This document shows, in pieces, positions 41,331-58,043 of a stretch of 64,000 nt of DNA (positions are counted from its first letter, which is position 1; each line of letters opens with the position of its first letter). Location: assembly GCF_009914755.1 (NCBI RefSeq), contig NC_060941.1; one strand, given 5' to 3'. Made by a program: the position numbers and the translations under genes. Origin of the DNA: the human T2T-CHM13v2.0 reference genome, Homo sapiens. Under the pieces are notes generated by a model. It was not told where the DNA came from and did no database searches. It saw nothing but the letters and a program-made list of their open reading frames with translations.

Positions 41331-43547
41331 ATCTATTAATCAAGTTCAGTAGGGGAAGGTTTACAGTTGGAACTATGTGTGTAAGGGAGTCACTTTCTCC
41401 AATCAGATAGAGTTTTTGGTTTGCAGTTAGCAGTTTTAATTTGAGAGTTTATCTTTGTGAGCTCTGCACTTGTAACATTGGGTAGACATGCTATCATGCA
41501 GAAGCATTTTCTCTGCAGTGAAACTGTCAGTTTCAGGGGACAGCTATACTTTAATTTTTATTATTCCCACTACATTTGGGTCAACCTTGGAAGAAGATGG
41601 TGATGTGTTCATCTAATGAGGTGACTGAGGCCTGGCCTAGGAAGACCTTTTATTTCCTAGAATCATTTTCAACTGTGTGATTTTGTAAAATGGGGGCAGT
41701 ACTAACTCCGTAATATTATTGTCACAAAGAATCAATGAGATAACATATGAAAAGCATTTGGTACAATGCCTGTCAACAAGCGTTGTCTACTCTCACCTCC
41801 CTATTCTGACCCTAAAATTATACTCAAGTAAGTGGAGGAGCAGTCTTAAATCTGGACTTTCTATCTCAAAATACTGGGCTCTGTGTCTCTCACCAGGCTT
41901 GGTCCTCAGCTTATCTGCTTAATCATCATTCAGCATAACTAAGTTAGAGGGGAAGTGGAGTTAAGGGTGGGGATTGATGACGCTGATGGATTGTTCCAGG
42001 CCAAGTCTTCCAAATCCTGTCGAGCTTGCACATTGTGTATAGGCAAGGCCCTAACCCTAATCCTAACCTTAACTGCCTGACTAGGCAGGCTTTGGTCAGT
42101 CTGACCCAGCACCTTGCCTTGTCTAGCTGCGTGTCTACTCTGAGAGTCTATAAATGTGGAGGAGGCCTTACAATGAAACCCTTCACAATGGAGTGCCTGG
42201 ATTTTATTGAGAAAAGCCAATCCCCTCCCATCTGTCATTTGGCACTTAGCACTGTAGTTATTCTAGATGAGTGAACACTTGTGTTATATTTTCCAATAGC
42301 AAAACTGGGGTCACCAGGGTGCCTGCTGTTTTAGCCGAATCCAGATGGGGTTTTCCTATAAACAAGTGCACATGGAATATTTATGCTGCCCGTGGCACCT
42401 GACGCCTTAATACTTAGGACTTCTATGTAGTAGCCACTCTTCCTATAAGTCACTTTAGCACACTAAGTAAATATTTTAATATAGCCATGTCACTGTTTAT
42501 TATAGAATGGCTTGCACCCAGATCTTGCCTAATGCTTGGTTAAAAAGTCAGTTTATACCATCCTTTAAAGTGAATCAAAGAATGCATAAACGCCACTCTT
42601 TTGTTACTCAGAACTCTGTTTACTTTACTTTTCTGTAAACCTTGTGAAATGCTTGCTTACAAAAAGCTGACAGATGCCAGATTTGCTCATTAACTGGAGG
42701 TGTTTTCCAAGTCAGGAAGGCGAGGTGTGAATGTGGGAGGTGGATATCTTCTCCGAGGTCATCTCCTGGTGTCCCTTGTCCAAGAGGCCTGCTAATCTGT
42801 TGACCCATAACCGCCAGGCAGTAAACGGGACTGAGAAATACCAAGTAAGAGTAGTGATTTATATATCAACCGTGTCCTTTGCCTTGGGACATGTATACTA
42901 CAATAAGGACCACTTGGACTGTTGGAGACCTGGAAGGACTTTGAAAAACTGAAGGTACCTCTGTCAGGTATTCATTTAAGACAAGTGATAATACTCCTTG
43001 TATAAGAACTTTGTGATATTTACCAACTCTCAGTAGCATTTGATTTCTAAGCCTTCCACTGAAGATTGGGACTTTTCTTTAACTGGTAAGGCCATTGAAG
43101 TTTTAGTTTCTGGCTATCTGACACATTTAGTGCTTATGCTCTTGGTTAACTAATGAGTGTGTAGTGGATACTTTAGTGCATAATATAAAGTCAATTATAA
43201 TTTTTATATTAAAATTAGTGTTTAATAAAACAAAATTATGAATTGGTTAACTTTGACGAAGAAACAAACAGAGATACAATCTATGGCAAGATTTAAAGGA
43301 ATAGAACTTTTTAAGAATGAAGTAGTAGGCTCTTCTTAGCACGTTGTCAGTCATTTCCTTGAGTGTCCACCCAGAGCAGCATTCACAAAAGATGCAATGA
43401 AGCTGTTTTGGGCAAACAGGAGAATGGCTGCATCCTAGTGGTAATTTCCATTGGATTCTTATTTATTGTTTTTTTTTTTTTAATCAGTACAAGATGTCAC
43501 TTTTGATTTGTAAAACTCTCTTCGTGAGTACTTAAAGTGCATCTCCA

Positions 43548-45250
<1,703 letters not shown>

Positions 45251-45297
45251 ATGAGAGAAAAAATTATTTTAAATAATGTTTATTATTTTTTACCATT

Positions 45298-45809
45298 TGT
45301 ACTGGGCAGTACAATGTCCCCACACACAGATGTCCATGTCCTAATGTGTGACATCTGTGAATATGTTACACTACATGGCCAAGGGGAATCAAGATTAAAG
45401 GTTGCTAATGAAATTAAGATTATTTGTCAGCTGACTTTAAAATAGAGAGATTATCCTGGATTATCAGGGTGGGCCCAATATAATTGAAGTATCCTTAAAA
45501 GTGAAAGAGGGAGGCAGAAGAGGAGGTCAGAGTGTTCTGATGTGAAAAGGACTCAACCTACTGTTGTTGGCTTTGAAAAGGATCAGAAGCCAAGGAAAGT
45601 GGCTAGCTTCTAGAGGCTAGGAAAAACAAGGAAATGCATCCTCCCCTAGGGCCTCCAGAAAGGAACGCATCCCTGCTGACACCTTGGGCTTAGTCCAGTG
45701 AGATCCATGTAGGACTTCCATCCTAGCAAAATGCAAGATTACAAGTTTGTGTAGTTTAAGCTGCTACATTTGTGATAATATTTTACAGTAGCCATAGAGA
45801 AGTACTGCA
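45298..45809 (+). mobile_element. MLT1D LTR
   Basis: tgtgaatatgttacactacatggc...gagagattatcctggattatc...gcctccagaaaggaacgc; TSD ccatt/tcatt. Confidence 0.88.
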
Positions 45810-46663
45810 TCATTTAAGAGAGAAAAGATGTGCATGTTAGGAAATAGCAAAATGTATATAGAATATAATAGAAATTACCATTTTGAGCATGCACAAAGAT
45901 ATTTAATGAATGTATCTTCAGTTCTTTTTCACTTTGCACACATTATTCTGAAGAATATAGAGTCACTTTGTTGCCTCATCTACTTTTATCACCTAACATT
46001 TTACCGTGAGCATTTCCCCATTTCACCTTTTAAATATTATAGAAAACATATATTCTGTATTATGAATGACACACAATTTGCGTAGCCAATTACCTAAATT
46101 TTATTTCTATGACAAATATATTTGTACATTGCTGATAATTTTTAAGTAAAAATTTCTAGAATTAAAATTACTAACAAAAAAGAATGGATACTATTGGTTT
46201 CAAAAAATATATATTATCACATTGTCCTCCAGAAAGACTGTATTAGTTTGCACCTCACAGGCAGCAAATAATTGTATCTGTTGACAAGCACTGGGCATTA
46301 TTAGTTTTGAAAATCCACGTTGAAAGGTGAAAAAGAGGGCCTAATTGGTTTAATTATTATTTATTTGATGGTACATGAAGTTGAACTCTTTACTATATAA
46401 TGATGATCTATGTGTTTCTTGCTTTGTGAATTGCCTGCTTATGTCCTGTTGTTTTGAAATGTTCCATTTTCATATTGGTTTGTAAGAATTATTTATATAG
46501 TAAGGACAGTAATTCATTGCCTATACCATATGGTATAAGTAATTTTTTCCTGATTATTTGCCTTTTATTCACTTACATTATTTGATGATGTATTATTTGA
46601 TCTCTGTGTATATTTACACACATCTAAATATACATTATTTACACTAACACTTACTTAAAAATA

Positions 46664-47356
46664 CTATTGGAAATTGCACATCATAATCTTAGGAAGGAAC
46701 CACCATTATATATGTTGGCATCTATTTGAACAGACTGTTTCCTTGTTTTCATACACACACACACACACACGCACACACTTATATGTATATGCATATGAAT
46801 ATGTAAAACATAATCATATATACCATTCAGTGATCTTTTTTTAACATTTGACACTAGATAAATTTTTATGTAAATAAATCTTGATCAGTATTTCTCACGA
46901 TTGCACTAAGTATTCTAGCTTATTAATATACCTTATTTAGCATTAATATACCTTATTTAGTATTTAATGAATCCTCTATTAATATTTCATCTGCTTTTGA
47001 TTTTTCAGTACCATTACTAATACTATAACAAAGCGCACTGGGGAAGGCAGAGAAGAGAGATAATGTGTAACAGTAGCTATTGCTTAGGTGCCAGGCACTA
47101 TTGTTAGCACTTTATGTTAATGTATATTAACCCATTTAGGCCGCTACAAAGTCCATTTTGGTATTTTGCTGGGTTCCTATTGTTCTCTTCCTCTTTTAAC
47201 ACATGAGGCAGTGAAGTCATAGACAGGCAAAGTCACTGCCCAAGGCTTCCCTGGGTTACCTAGACTGCAGGCAAATGCAGCATTGTCTGCCAGATCACCT
47301 ACTTGCTCTAGAATAGACAGTTCACTTGTGTGCGCTCTTAGACAGAAAGATGAATT
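46664..47356 (+). repeat. Local direct duplication, copy 1
   Basis: ctattggaaattgcacatc...gacagaaagatgaatt, repeated at 48854-49517. Confidence 0.97.
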
Positions 47357-47443
47357 GCTCCATAGGAAATGTTCAAAGGCAGAGGACACTCAATGACCAT
47401 CAGGAACAACATTTTTAGATTTTACATATAAAGGAGATCATGA

Positions 47444-47750
47444 GGCTGGGCACGGTGGGAGGCCGCACTTTGGGAGCCCAAGGTGGGTGGATTACTTGAG
47501 GTCAGGAGTTCGAGACCAGCCTGGCCAACATGGTGAAAACTCATCTCTACTAAAAATACAAAAATCAGCCAGGCATGATGGCAGGCGCCTGTAGTCTCAG
47601 CTACTCAGGAGGCTGAGGCAGGAGAATCGCTTGAACCTGGGAGGTGGAGGTTGTAGTGAGCCTAGATTGTGCCATTGCACTCCAGTCTGGGAGACAGAGT
47701 AAGACCCCTTCTCAAAACAAAAAAAAAAAAAAATGAAAGAAAGAAATAAA
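47444..47750 (+). mobile_element. AluS with rearranged head
   Basis: Alu body with A-tail; TSD gagatcat. Confidence 0.92.
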
Positions 47751-48171
47751 AGAGATCATATAATATTTATCTTTCCCCTTCTGACTTATTTCACTTAACA
47801 TAATGCCCTCAAGATTTATCCATGTTGTTGCAAATGGCAGAATTTCCTTTTTAATAGCTGAATCATATTCCATCGTGTATATACACATATACATCACGAC
47901 TTCTTTACCCATTAATTCATTGGACATTGTTTCCACATTTTGGCTATTGTGGATAAAGCTGCAGTGATCATGGGAGTGCAGATGTCTCTGTGTGCTGCTG
48001 ATTTCATTTTCTTTGGATATATACCCAGAAGAGGGATTGCTGGGCCATATGGTAGTTCTATTTTTAATTTTTCGAGAACTCATAGGAACAGAAAGCGGAA
48101 CAGTGGTTACCACAGGCAGAGGGTTAAGGGAAAAGAGAAGATGTTGGTCAAATGGTATAAACTTTCATTTA

Positions 48172-48505
<334 letters not shown>

Positions 48506-48853
48506 TCAGGACATTTAATATACAGCACAGTGCTTATAGTTAATGATACTTAATTGCATACTTGAAATTTGCTTAAGTGGTCTCACCACTTAATCACAAA
48601 AAAAGAGTAACTAGATGCAGTAATAGATGTGTAGGTATGTTAAGTAACTGGATTGTGGTAAATCATTTTACAAGAGATATGTATATGAAATCATCACATT
48701 GAATACCTTAAAATCATAGAATTTGTCACTTTACTTTAATTAAGCTTGAAAAAAATTGGCAAAAAATCTATGAGAAGTAAAATAAGCCAGTCACAAAAAA
48801 GACTGAAAAAAAAGAACGACAGTATCTAATATTCAGTGTTATTTTGTCTCCTG

Positions 48854-49517
48854 CTATTGGAAATTGCACATCATAATCTTAGGAAGGAACCACTATTATA
48901 TGTGTTGGCATCTATTTGAACAGACTGTTTCCTTGTTTTCACACACACACACACACACACACTTATACACATATGCATATGAATATGTAAAACATCATAC
49001 ATACCATTCAGTGATCTTTTTTTAACATTTGACACTCTAGATAAATTTTTATGTAAATAAATCTTGATCATTATTTCTCACAATTGCACGATAGTCTAGC
49101 TTATTAATACACCTTATTTAGCATTTAATGAATCTTCTATTAATATTTCATCTGCTTTTGATTTTTCAGTACCATTACTAATACTATAACAAAGTGCACT
49201 GGGGAAGGCCGAGAAGGGAGATAATGCGTAGCAGTAGCTATTGCTTAGGTGTCAGGCACTATTGTTAGCACTTTATATTAATGTATATTAACCCGTTTAG
49301 GCCGCTATAAAGCCCATTTTGGTATTTTGCTGGGTTCCTATTTTTTTCTTCCTCTTTTAACACATGAGGCAGTGAAGTCATAGACAGGCAAAGTCACTGC
49401 CCAAGGCTTCCCTGGGTTACCTAGACTGCTGGCAAATGCAGCATTGTCTGCCAGATCACCTACTTGCTCTAGAATAGACAGTTCACTTGTGTGCGCTCTT
49501 AGACAGGAAGATGAATT
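48854..49517 (+). repeat. Local direct duplication, copy 2
   Basis: About 95% identical (by eye) to 46664-47356. Confidence 0.97.
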
Positions 49518-51450
49518 CAAATAGCCTCAAATATTCAGGAAAATAAATTCACACAATAATTATATGTGAGTTGTGCATTGAGGAAAAAGGAGAGGGTGGG
49601 TGTATTTCTATTTGGGGGAGAAACAGAGCAGAGAGAGCTGCTACAATAAGGAGAGGCATCCAGGAGTGAGGTTGGGAACAGTCAGCATGATCAGAAAGAA
49701 GTTATGGGAAACACACGTGCTGCAGGATATCTTGATATTTACAATCAGAAGGAGGACCAGGAATAATGGAAGGCTTGAAGGTATTGAGAAAATAATTGCA
49801 ATGGGACATGAAGATGTTTTACTCCTGGTGATTTTTGGAGCTATATAACGAGACATACTTCTCTAACATACCTACTTCCTTTATAGCTGCAGGCAACATG
49901 CTTATAGTTAAATCACCCTAGATACTGATCTCTAGAACCATTTATGTTTTTCTATTTTACCTAAATAGGGCCTCAGCTAAAAATATGAGGTGCTAGTTGA
50001 GGTCCAGATTTTAAATCCTGTCTTCTTGGTTTGGTCTTCTTTATTTCTTCTTTTCTTTTAATATTAGCACTTTTTTAGCTTAAACATATCATTGTTCATC
50101 TTTTATTTCTATATTTTCACCCTAAGCCCACTTTCTCCCTCAGATTGTTAGTCTTATTGCATGGAAACCACGTTTTTTTGCTCTCTTGAGTGAGGGAAAT
50201 GGAAAATGAATCCAGCCCATGGCACAGCCTCAGGGATTTGGAGATCTGTGTAGAATAATTTCATTCAGTTTACATTTAATGGCATATATTTATGTGTTTT
50301 GCAGTTTCTTTTATGAATTAAGTTACTGACCACAGTACTGGTGTAGGACTGTGTACAAAGTCCTGGTGTAGTTTCTAGGTAAACTCCTATGGCCACTGTA
50401 TCAGCTTCATTGAGACAGCAGAATTCAGGGCCAGAGGTCACCTCATATCAAGACATGACTATGTCCTGGGTCACCCAGCACCTGAGGATTGACATGTCTC
50501 AAACCAAAAGTAAGTCTATGGAAAGTTCTTCTAAATCTCACAATGTGAAAGAAACATTATGTAGATTTCCCAAATGTATAACAATCTTAATAATTTCTAT
50601 AATATTACTAATGTTCTTGGGAAGCTAAAAGAAACTTTTCATTGTCATTATTTGAAAAGGTGATCAAAGAGTGTACAGTCAAGAAATGTAGGGAAAGTAT
50701 CATGATAGGCAGTTAATTATTTTTAAAATATTAAGCACAATTTTTGGGTGTTTATGATGTTTGCTGTATTTGTCAATTTTCAAAATTTTTAATCTGTTGT
50801 GATTTATTTTCTCACTCTAAACAAAAATCTCATTTGTGGCTAAGTTTATATTCTTTTACCTAAAGAAGGTCCACACATTGTATAAGTTCCAGACTCAAGA
50901 TAACCTGGATCTGCCTATCTAGTGGGTTGAGTTCCTCCATCTCTGAGTCTGGGGCCACATTTTGTGGGACTTCAGAGAGTCTGATCTCTTCTTGAGGTAG
51001 ATTCATAGATGTCTTCTTGAGGTAGTTTCTTCATAAAGCAAAGATAAGCTGCATCATAAAAGTAGGGCCTGCACAAGTTTTTCTTCACCTAATTCTGTCT
51101 GTCATATAAGAAACCCAGTTCTTTCCATGTCTCGGCATTAAGTTCTCTATAAATTTAATTTGTCAACCAGACTGTGAAGTGTTTTTCTTGTTTGAGTCTT
51201 GTTGCGATTTTAGTGAGGACCTGGGAAATGCTACCTAGGAGGATATTCCTTAGATACTCTTTGAAACCAGAAGTCTCACTGTAATCTTAATTCCCAGTTG
51301 GAACATGCATAAGACATCTTGTAGAATTGTGTCCTGTTTCCAGAAATTACTATTTCCTAGGAAGACATTCATTCTGCTTATCCATATCAGCACTTGTATT
51401 CTGAGCTGTGGAATCCTTTTCATAGATCTGGTGGTTTTCTGTCTCGTTAA

Positions 51451-51807
<357 letters not shown>

Positions 51808-52564
51808 CTTATTTACCCCTTTTGGACATTAAAATGGGTCCTTTCAGAGACTGATGTAAATCCTGGTTAAATAGTTCCAGTCCAGATGGAAGAAGCAAAG
51901 AAATGTTGAGGTTTTTAACAGTTTAGGTTTCGGTCGATGGTCGTTTTGACTTTACAGATTCAGAGATCCAGAAGCCTGGGGAAGAGGAGGGTGACCAAAG
52001 CTGGAGGCAACGTCTCAGAAAATGTCACCTCTTCCAAAGAATTGTTTTGCTGTTTTTTTGTTTGTTTGTTTTGCTTTTTTTTGCTGCAGCAGTCAGCAGT
52101 TACCTGGAACAGAGACCCCATTATTGGCAAGGCATCACCTTCATTCTCATTGGGATCCAGCCATTATAGTCATCCTGTTTTGTTTTGTTTTGTTTTGTTT
52201 TGTTTCTTTTTGTTTTTGTTTTTGTTTTTCTGGTATGTCAGCCAAGATCAAGGGTAAGGAGAGATAGTAGCATTATGAGCTTCCCATTCAGGGTCAACTT
52301 TAGTGCCAAGGAACTGGAGATACATCCCAGATGTGGCCCTTGACTGTCCCCTGGCTGTCCTTCACCTTCAGCATGCCCCCTCTAAGTCATGAAGCTTGCA
52401 GTAGATCTGCTATGAGTTCTTCCCTTTTCCTCCATAATGCTGCAGTTTATATATCAGATTGGCTTTGTTTCAATATAGACTCATCAACCTTCTATTGTAA
52501 TAGCAATTCCTCAAAGTTTCTGGCATGTATTAGATTTTCTCTTGTTTTGGGTGCTTATTCATTG

Positions 52565-52735
52565 AACCATTCATTCACTCATTCATTTGAGAAGCTTTTA
52601 TTGAGCGCTTACTCTATGCCAGTCAATCTCTGTTTTAGAAGCTTGGGATGCAGAGATGAATTTGAGGAATAAAATAAGTCCTTGCACTCATAGAGCTTAC
52701 ATGCTTGTGGAGGAAGGAGACAATAAATAATAAAC
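52565..52735 (-). mobile_element. L2 3' relic
   Basis: cattcattcactcattcattt...tattgagcgcttactctatgcca...ctcatagagcttaca. Confidence 0.6.
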
Positions 52736-52744
52736 AATGAGTGT

Positions 52745-53150
52745 GTATCATATTTGATTTATTCTAAGACAGTTTCACGTTTTAATATCTCTGAGATTGG
52801 GATGTATTTTACAATAATGACATCATACCACTGCTGGCAGATAGGCAGCAGTCATGCAATTCTCACTGCATTCATGTGTGCAAACTTGGCTAAAGCTATA
52901 GTAGTGTCATCAGTTCAATTGAGTTACCTGTGTATATTTGCTGGTGCCGAGCTTCATTGTCTTTGAAAATGTCTTCAAAAAGATTACCTTATGATTTAGC
53001 TTTGAAACGAAAAGTGATCATGTAGACAGAAAGATACTACATTGGGGCAGAAATGTGACATTCGGAAAGCAAATATTCATTGTTGGAGGAATGAACGCAG
53101 TTTTATATTTTCTTGCAAAACAACAGCCAGGCTTTCTGGGGCCTAAGGGA
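52745..53150. mobile_element. TcMar-Tc2 (Kanga/MER104-like) DNA transposon relic
   Basis: tattctaagac...tttaatatctctgagattgggatgtattttacaat resembles the MER104/Kanga terminus. Confidence 0.45.
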
Positions 53151-53274
53151 TAAAACATGTCCATAAGTAGCTAAAACCTTTCCTAATTCAAACAGTGCAA
53201 GTGAATGTTAAAGAAATTGACCAATTGTCCAATACAGATGAAAAATTTCAAGGCCCTGTGAAACTGATATGAAG

Positions 53275-53420
53275 ATGATAATGTGACATAATGGATATGT
53301 TCATTAGCTGGATTGTGGTAATCATTTCACAGTATCTACATATACAAAAACATCACAGTGTACACAGTAAATATATACAATTTTTATTTGTCAATTATAC
53401 CTCAGTAAAGCTGGAGTTGG
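53275..53420 (+). mobile_element. L1MA/MB 3'UTR fragment
   Basis: ggattgtggtaatcatttcaca...tttatttgtcaattatacctcagtaaagctgg. Confidence 0.75.
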
Positions 53421-54024
53421 GGGATAGAAAACATTAGGGTATATATAGATGCTGACAACCAGGTTATACTCCAGGAGAAAGAAACTGATGATGCAGGAAG
53501 GGAGGGTAGTTGTAGGTTGGGATCTTCCCTCAGTATCCTGGGGGCTTTTATTGGAAATATGAAAGGGGTTTGGAAGACACCTGTATTCTCATGTGTTCTC
53601 ATTTTCTTCTTACCTGCGATTCTATTTCTGTTCAGAATACAAGAGCTTTGTGCCTATTTCAAGCTGCTTGGCTCTCTTCTACTCTGATTCCCCTCTGCAG
53701 AACTCCACATTGCTCTAGAACGCAGTGCCTCGGTGCCTGGAAGTACCCTGTGGTTGTCCCCATGTTTAATCCTATTTATCTTTAGCTCTTTAACCCTAGA
53801 AATAAACATGTAATTGTCATGGAAAATGAGTTCTAAGGAAACAGAATGTTATAGTTCAGCAAGAGGCAATGAGTCACACATTTATCCAGCTTTATAGTCT
53901 CCTTTCAGGTTGAGCCGTGGTCCCTGAAGTCCTCAAAGATATTTAACACTCCCTTTTTTTGAGGGTGAAGTAAATAACTGGCAAAATAATGTTGCCATAG
54001 ATCTTCTCTGAGGAAATTGCAGCA

Positions 54025-54233
54025 CAGATGGAGTATCCTTAATTTGGAAATCCAAAATGCAAAACTTTTTGAGCAATGATATGACACTCAAAAGAGATGC
54101 TCATTGAAACATTTTGGATTTTGGATTTTCAGATTTAGAATGCTCAACCAGTAAATATAATGCAAATATTCCAAAACCCAATATCTGAAACGCTTCTGGT
54201 CCCAAGCATATCAGATAAGGAATATTCAACCTG
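54025..54233. mobile_element. Tigger4a/MER46-like MITE
   Basis: TIRs cagatggagtatcctta / taaggaatattcaacctg followed by TA; internal ggattttggattttcagatt. Confidence 0.8.
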
Positions 54234-56218
54234 TATAACTTTTATCTTAAAATTATTTTGCTGAACTCAAAGTCGAGTTTCAAAATATACTGTAGTGCTC
54301 AACAGGTCCTGTTCTCCCTTTCATCAACCATATTGCTCTTCTCCACTTTTTCTCTTCTTTTTCACATTCTGTGAAAGAAAAAAGCATGTTTGGACCAAGT
54401 ATACCTGTGAAACATACAAAGAAGGAAGCACAGGTATTACAATTAATCATGAGAATAACTCTATCTATTTGTAATATTTATATAATGAGAATAAATGTGT
54501 GTGTATATTTATATGTATGTATGTATTTTTATCCACGTGTGAGGTTTAATACCTGCTCAACTGAATCACAATTTTGGTTGTGACCCCAGCGTTCATATGA
54601 TTTGAGTGACTGATATGAAGAAAGACTGAAATGGTTAACTACATACAGTTAGACTTCTTATTTCATAACTTATGAACTGACCACTGTTTCTCACTTCCAA
54701 TGCCTTAATCCACAGCAGAAAGTCTGCTGGGAGTCCAGGCCTCCCCACCCACCCCTTCCCTTGCCACACCATTGTAAATGGCTCCCTCTAAGCCAAGAGA
54801 ATGTGCTTCTTGGCATAAAAGAGATGCCTCCTTCCAGCTAAGCCATCCTCCAAACGTGCTGCCAAAGAAGACCATTGAGTTCTTTCACCACTATGTCAGG
54901 CCTAGAAAGAAGTACAGGGTCCAGACCATCTGGAGAATGACTACTGGAGCTCCAAGGGCCCCAGGGGCAGGACTGGTCTCTGTTTGAATTGGGAATTCTG
55001 GAACACTGGAGTTCAGAGCCAGGAGCCACTTGTTCCTCTGTTCCGCCCTTTTCCTCACTTCTCCCTTTCACTCTCCTCCACTTTGCAGCCCTTCAGTGTC
55101 CTTTCTCTTCCAGTAGTTTCTCCCTCCCACCATCTCACAGCAGGACTCCTCTCTGTGCTGAAGAAGTTTCCAGTCTTTTATACGAACTCTTCCCCAACCT
55201 GACACAGCTTCACCATTTCAACATTCCCATGCTGTGTGTCATCCTGTCATGTGAATTATCTTTGTTGAGAGACAAGGGTGTTAGGGGCTGACACGATAAT
55301 GGCTGGTAATGTGTTTAGTGTGTTACCCTTCTAGGTAAGATGTTTATGTTTTAACAGTCGTTTTCTACAGAAAACAAATGAAGCCACTTTTTTTTTTTTT
55401 TTGTCTCAACTCCCTAGGAAATACAATGCACTGACTTTGACTTGAATAGTGGTTAGAAGCCTACTCAAGTCTCTGACCCAGGGACAGAGAACTGTAGGTT
55501 TGATTGACCACCACACCATTTATACTAGCTGTGGGAGCCTGGGCAACTTTGTTTATTCACTCGTTCACTCCACAAAGGACTTTTGAGCTTGAACTACATG
55601 CGAGCCTCTGTTCTAGCCACCGGAGATACAGATTCACAAAACAAAGTCCCTGCCCTTACAGATCTTACACTCTACGGGGAAGATGGACAACTAAAAAAAA
55701 AAAAAATCATTAAAACATTGAACTCATTTTGTTTTCATTCCTGCAGAGGTTGAATGTGAATAATAATAGTATTTCCTTCCTACTGATGTTGTAGGAAACA
55801 AATAAGAATCCAATGCATTACATTAGGTACATATTCAATTACATTTGGTATATGTACAGTTCTTAGCAGCAACAGCAGTTACTATTCAGTGACTTTCACC
55901 CCCGGACAGGAAGAATGCCTATCCTTAAAGAGACTTTTGAGGACTTGAGGCAGCTGTTGTTTTGTGTGTCTAGCAAACTTTCCCATACATCGTGTCACTT
56001 CTCTGCATAATAGCGTCTATCCTCATCTTCATCATATGACCAAGTCCAATATCCCATCTTCTTAACAACCATGTTGGGTTGCAGAGGTGAACACACAACT
56101 CAAACAAAGCCAACCTGAGTCCTTCTGGATCTACATATAAACTGCAAGTGAAGGAAATGCTCTCTTTTGGGAATTCTAAGCTGGAGGACTTAGAAATCTG
56201 CCACTTGAAGAAGGCCTA

Positions 56219-56777
56219 TGTATTAGTAAGGGCTCTCTAGAGGAACAGAACTAATAGGACAAATTTATAGGTAAAAGGGAGTTTATTAAGGAGAATTGAC
56301 TCACACAATCACAAGGTAAAGTCCCACGATAGGCCATCTGCAAGTTGAGGAGCGAAGAAGCCAGTGGTGGATCAGTCTGAGTCCCAAAACCTCAAAAGTA
56401 GGGAAGCCGATAGTGCAGCCTTCTGTTTGTGGTCACAGGCCCAAGAGCCCCTGGCAAACCACTGGTGTAAGTCCAGGAGTCCAAAAGCTGAAGAACTTGG
56501 AGTCTGGTGTTTGAGGGCAGGAAGCATCCAGCTCAGGAGAAAGATGAAGCCTGGAAGACTCAGCAAGTCTGCTCTTCCATCTTCTCCTGCCTGCTTTATT
56601 CTAGCAGTGCTGGCAGCTGATTAGATGGTGCCCACCCTGATTGAGGGTGGGTCTGCCTCTCCCAGTCCACTGACTCAAATGTTAATCTCCTTTGGCAACA
56701 CCCTCACAGACACACCCAGGAACAATACTTTGTGTCCTTTAATCCAATTAAGTTGATACTCACTATTAACTGTCACA
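56219..56777 (-). mobile_element. MLT2A/B (HERVL) solo LTR
   Basis: tgtattagt...ctctagagg...ccctcacagacacacccagg...tcaca; TSD gccta/gcctc. Confidence 0.9.
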
Positions 56778-56879
56778 GCCTCTCTGCAAAAGGAAATGAG
56801 CTCAACCCACAAAGAAAAGTAGAAGCCAATAAGCAGAATTGTTATTAATAGTGTTTTAATTCCATATCAAGCATAAACT

Positions 56880-57015
56880 TAATTCTCTTAATAACTCCTG
56901 AGATAAATACGATGAAGAAACTGAGGCACAGAAAGCTTCAGTAACTGTCCAAGGTCATAGAGCTAATGAGCCACAGGATCAGTAGCTGAACTAGGCATTC
57001 TGACTGCAGAATCTT
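56880..57015 (-). mobile_element. MIR relic
   Basis: gatgaagaaactgaggcacaga...tccaaggtcatagagcta. Confidence 0.6.
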
Positions 57016-57754
57016 TACATTTGACCCATATCTCGCTCTTCTCTGGCTGCTTAGAGTCCAAGGGTAATAATAGCTCAGGTCCTGGATCCCTCAGCCTTTT
57101 CTTTGGTTTTATGAGTAATAACAAAATCCTCCCCATGCATATGAGATTATCTGCATTGAAACTTGTATCTAGTTTAAACTGAAGAGTTTCAAGTGACAAA
57201 AATAGGTACTCCTTGTTGGGAAGAAATCCCCTAGGTCAATTCTAGTTTGCCCCTCATCACACTACTCCATCACTCTCTATTTGACAATCCCCACCTTAAT
57301 ATAATTTTATTTCTATAAGTAGGTTTTTTAAAAAAAATAGAGCCACTACTTAGAGATGAGTGTGTGGGTAATTGAAACCAACTTGGAATTACCTTCCGAG
57401 TTGATTTTGATTTTGACCCTCATGGTACCGTGACCGTGGACTGTTGCCAAGCTCCTCACATAGAAACTACCCTGAAGGGTTTTATAATATCTATCGTTAC
57501 TAACAATTAATGTATTTATGGAACATTGCTTACAATTGTATTAATATAAAATACTATGTATGAATTGTTACCTATATGATTAACTCATCAGCTTGATTCA
57601 CATGCAGAATTTCATTTTAAACTTAAGAACTCACATTCCTTTATGAGAATCTCCTGGGAAGCTTCCATCTTCATGCTTGAATTGTCCAAGAACCTCAGTC
57701 TAAAAGAGTTCCTATGTTTCTAAATGAGAGGCAGAGAAAATACTAGCACTTTCT

Positions 57755-58043
57755 TCTTTTTCTTTTTAGATGAAATTCACTCTGTTGTCCAGGCTGGAGT
57801 GCAGTGGTGATCTCAGCTCACTGCAACCTCCGCCTCCTGGGTTCAAGTGATTCTTCTGCCTCAGCCTCCCGGGTGGCTGTCACTACAGGCACGTGCCACC
57901 ACACCCAGCTAATTTTTGTATTTTTAGTGGAGACGGGGTTTCACTGTATTGGCTAGGCTGGTCTCAAAGTCCTGACCTCGTGATCTGCCCACCTCGGCCT
58001 CCCAAAGTGCTGGGACTGCAGGCATTAGCCACCGCTACCAGCC
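57755..58043 (-). mobile_element. AluS
   Basis: Antisense Alu; 16-bp TSD aatact(a/c)gcactttct. Confidence 0.93.
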
